From the human T2T-CHM13v2.0 reference genome, Homo sapiens, in assembly GCF_009914755.1 (NCBI RefSeq), contig NC_060944.1: DNA of 64,000 nucleotides; one strand, 5' to 3'. This document shows positions 63,399-64,000 of the stretch, one piece after another; position 1 is the first letter of the stretch, and every line of letters begins with the position of its first letter. Under the pieces are notes generated by a model. The model made no database searches. It had not been told where the DNA came from and saw nothing but the letters and a program-made list of their open reading frames with translations. The translations under genes and the position numbers were made by a program.

Positions 63399-63862
63399 GT
63401 GAGTCCCACCTGCCGCATGCCCTACAGGAAGACTTGGCTTTGCTTCCAGGAATTGAGGAGAGATTGTCTCTTTGTAATTTGTCCAATAGGCAGTGAAGGT
63501 TGTGTGGGAGGGTTGTGATCCGGGTCTAAAAATGATGACTCTACTGCATGCCTGGCAGGACAAGAACAGCAGAATGCCACTGTGGTTGAGGGTTCCAGCT
63601 CTGGGGTCAACACTAGTTACTCACTGTTTGACCTTGGGGAAGTTGCTTAGTCTCTCTGGGCTAATCTAGCTATCAGCATGGTTCCCTTTTTCACCTCCTC
63701 CAGGTGTCCGCTCAAAAGAGGTGTGCGCTGATTAGCCCTTTCTTATCCCCACCATACATTTTACAGGTTTATTTTATGTCTCCTTTGCTAGATTATAAAC
63801 CCCAGGAGGGGTAGGATTTTTGTCTGGCTTATTCACTGTTGTGTCCCCGGGATCATAAATAG

Positions 63863-64000
<138 letters not shown>

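Overview
Human (or very close great-ape) genomic DNA, recognisable as the 20q11.21 SUN5 / BPI-fold gene cluster. Left to right: SUN5 coding exons 1-8 on the minus strand (the gene continues off the left edge); the complete BPIFB2 gene (non-coding exon 1 plus 15 coding exons, 458 aa); the complete BPIFB6 gene (15 coding exons, 453/454 aa); a MER11-type solo LTR; a frameshifted PUDP/HDHD1 processed pseudogene on the minus strand; and the first exons of BPIFB3. Exon boundaries were traced by hand with GT-AG sites and a continuous reading frame. The rest is Alu, L1, MIR, MER and MaLR debris and CCAT-type repeats. Most notable: (1) a 130-bp perfectly identical inverted repeat (about 170 bp with diverged flanks) in two BPIFB6 introns, bracketing coding exons 3-7; (2) matching ATATAAGGGC promoter plus short non-coding leader exon modules upstream of BPIFB6 and BPIFB3; (3) a ~21-nt minisatellite built from the BPIFB2 exon-3 splice donor that carries extra consensus donors; (4) a higher-order trimeric repeat inside a CCAT tract. 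Gene and repeat-family names come from recognition, not from database searches.
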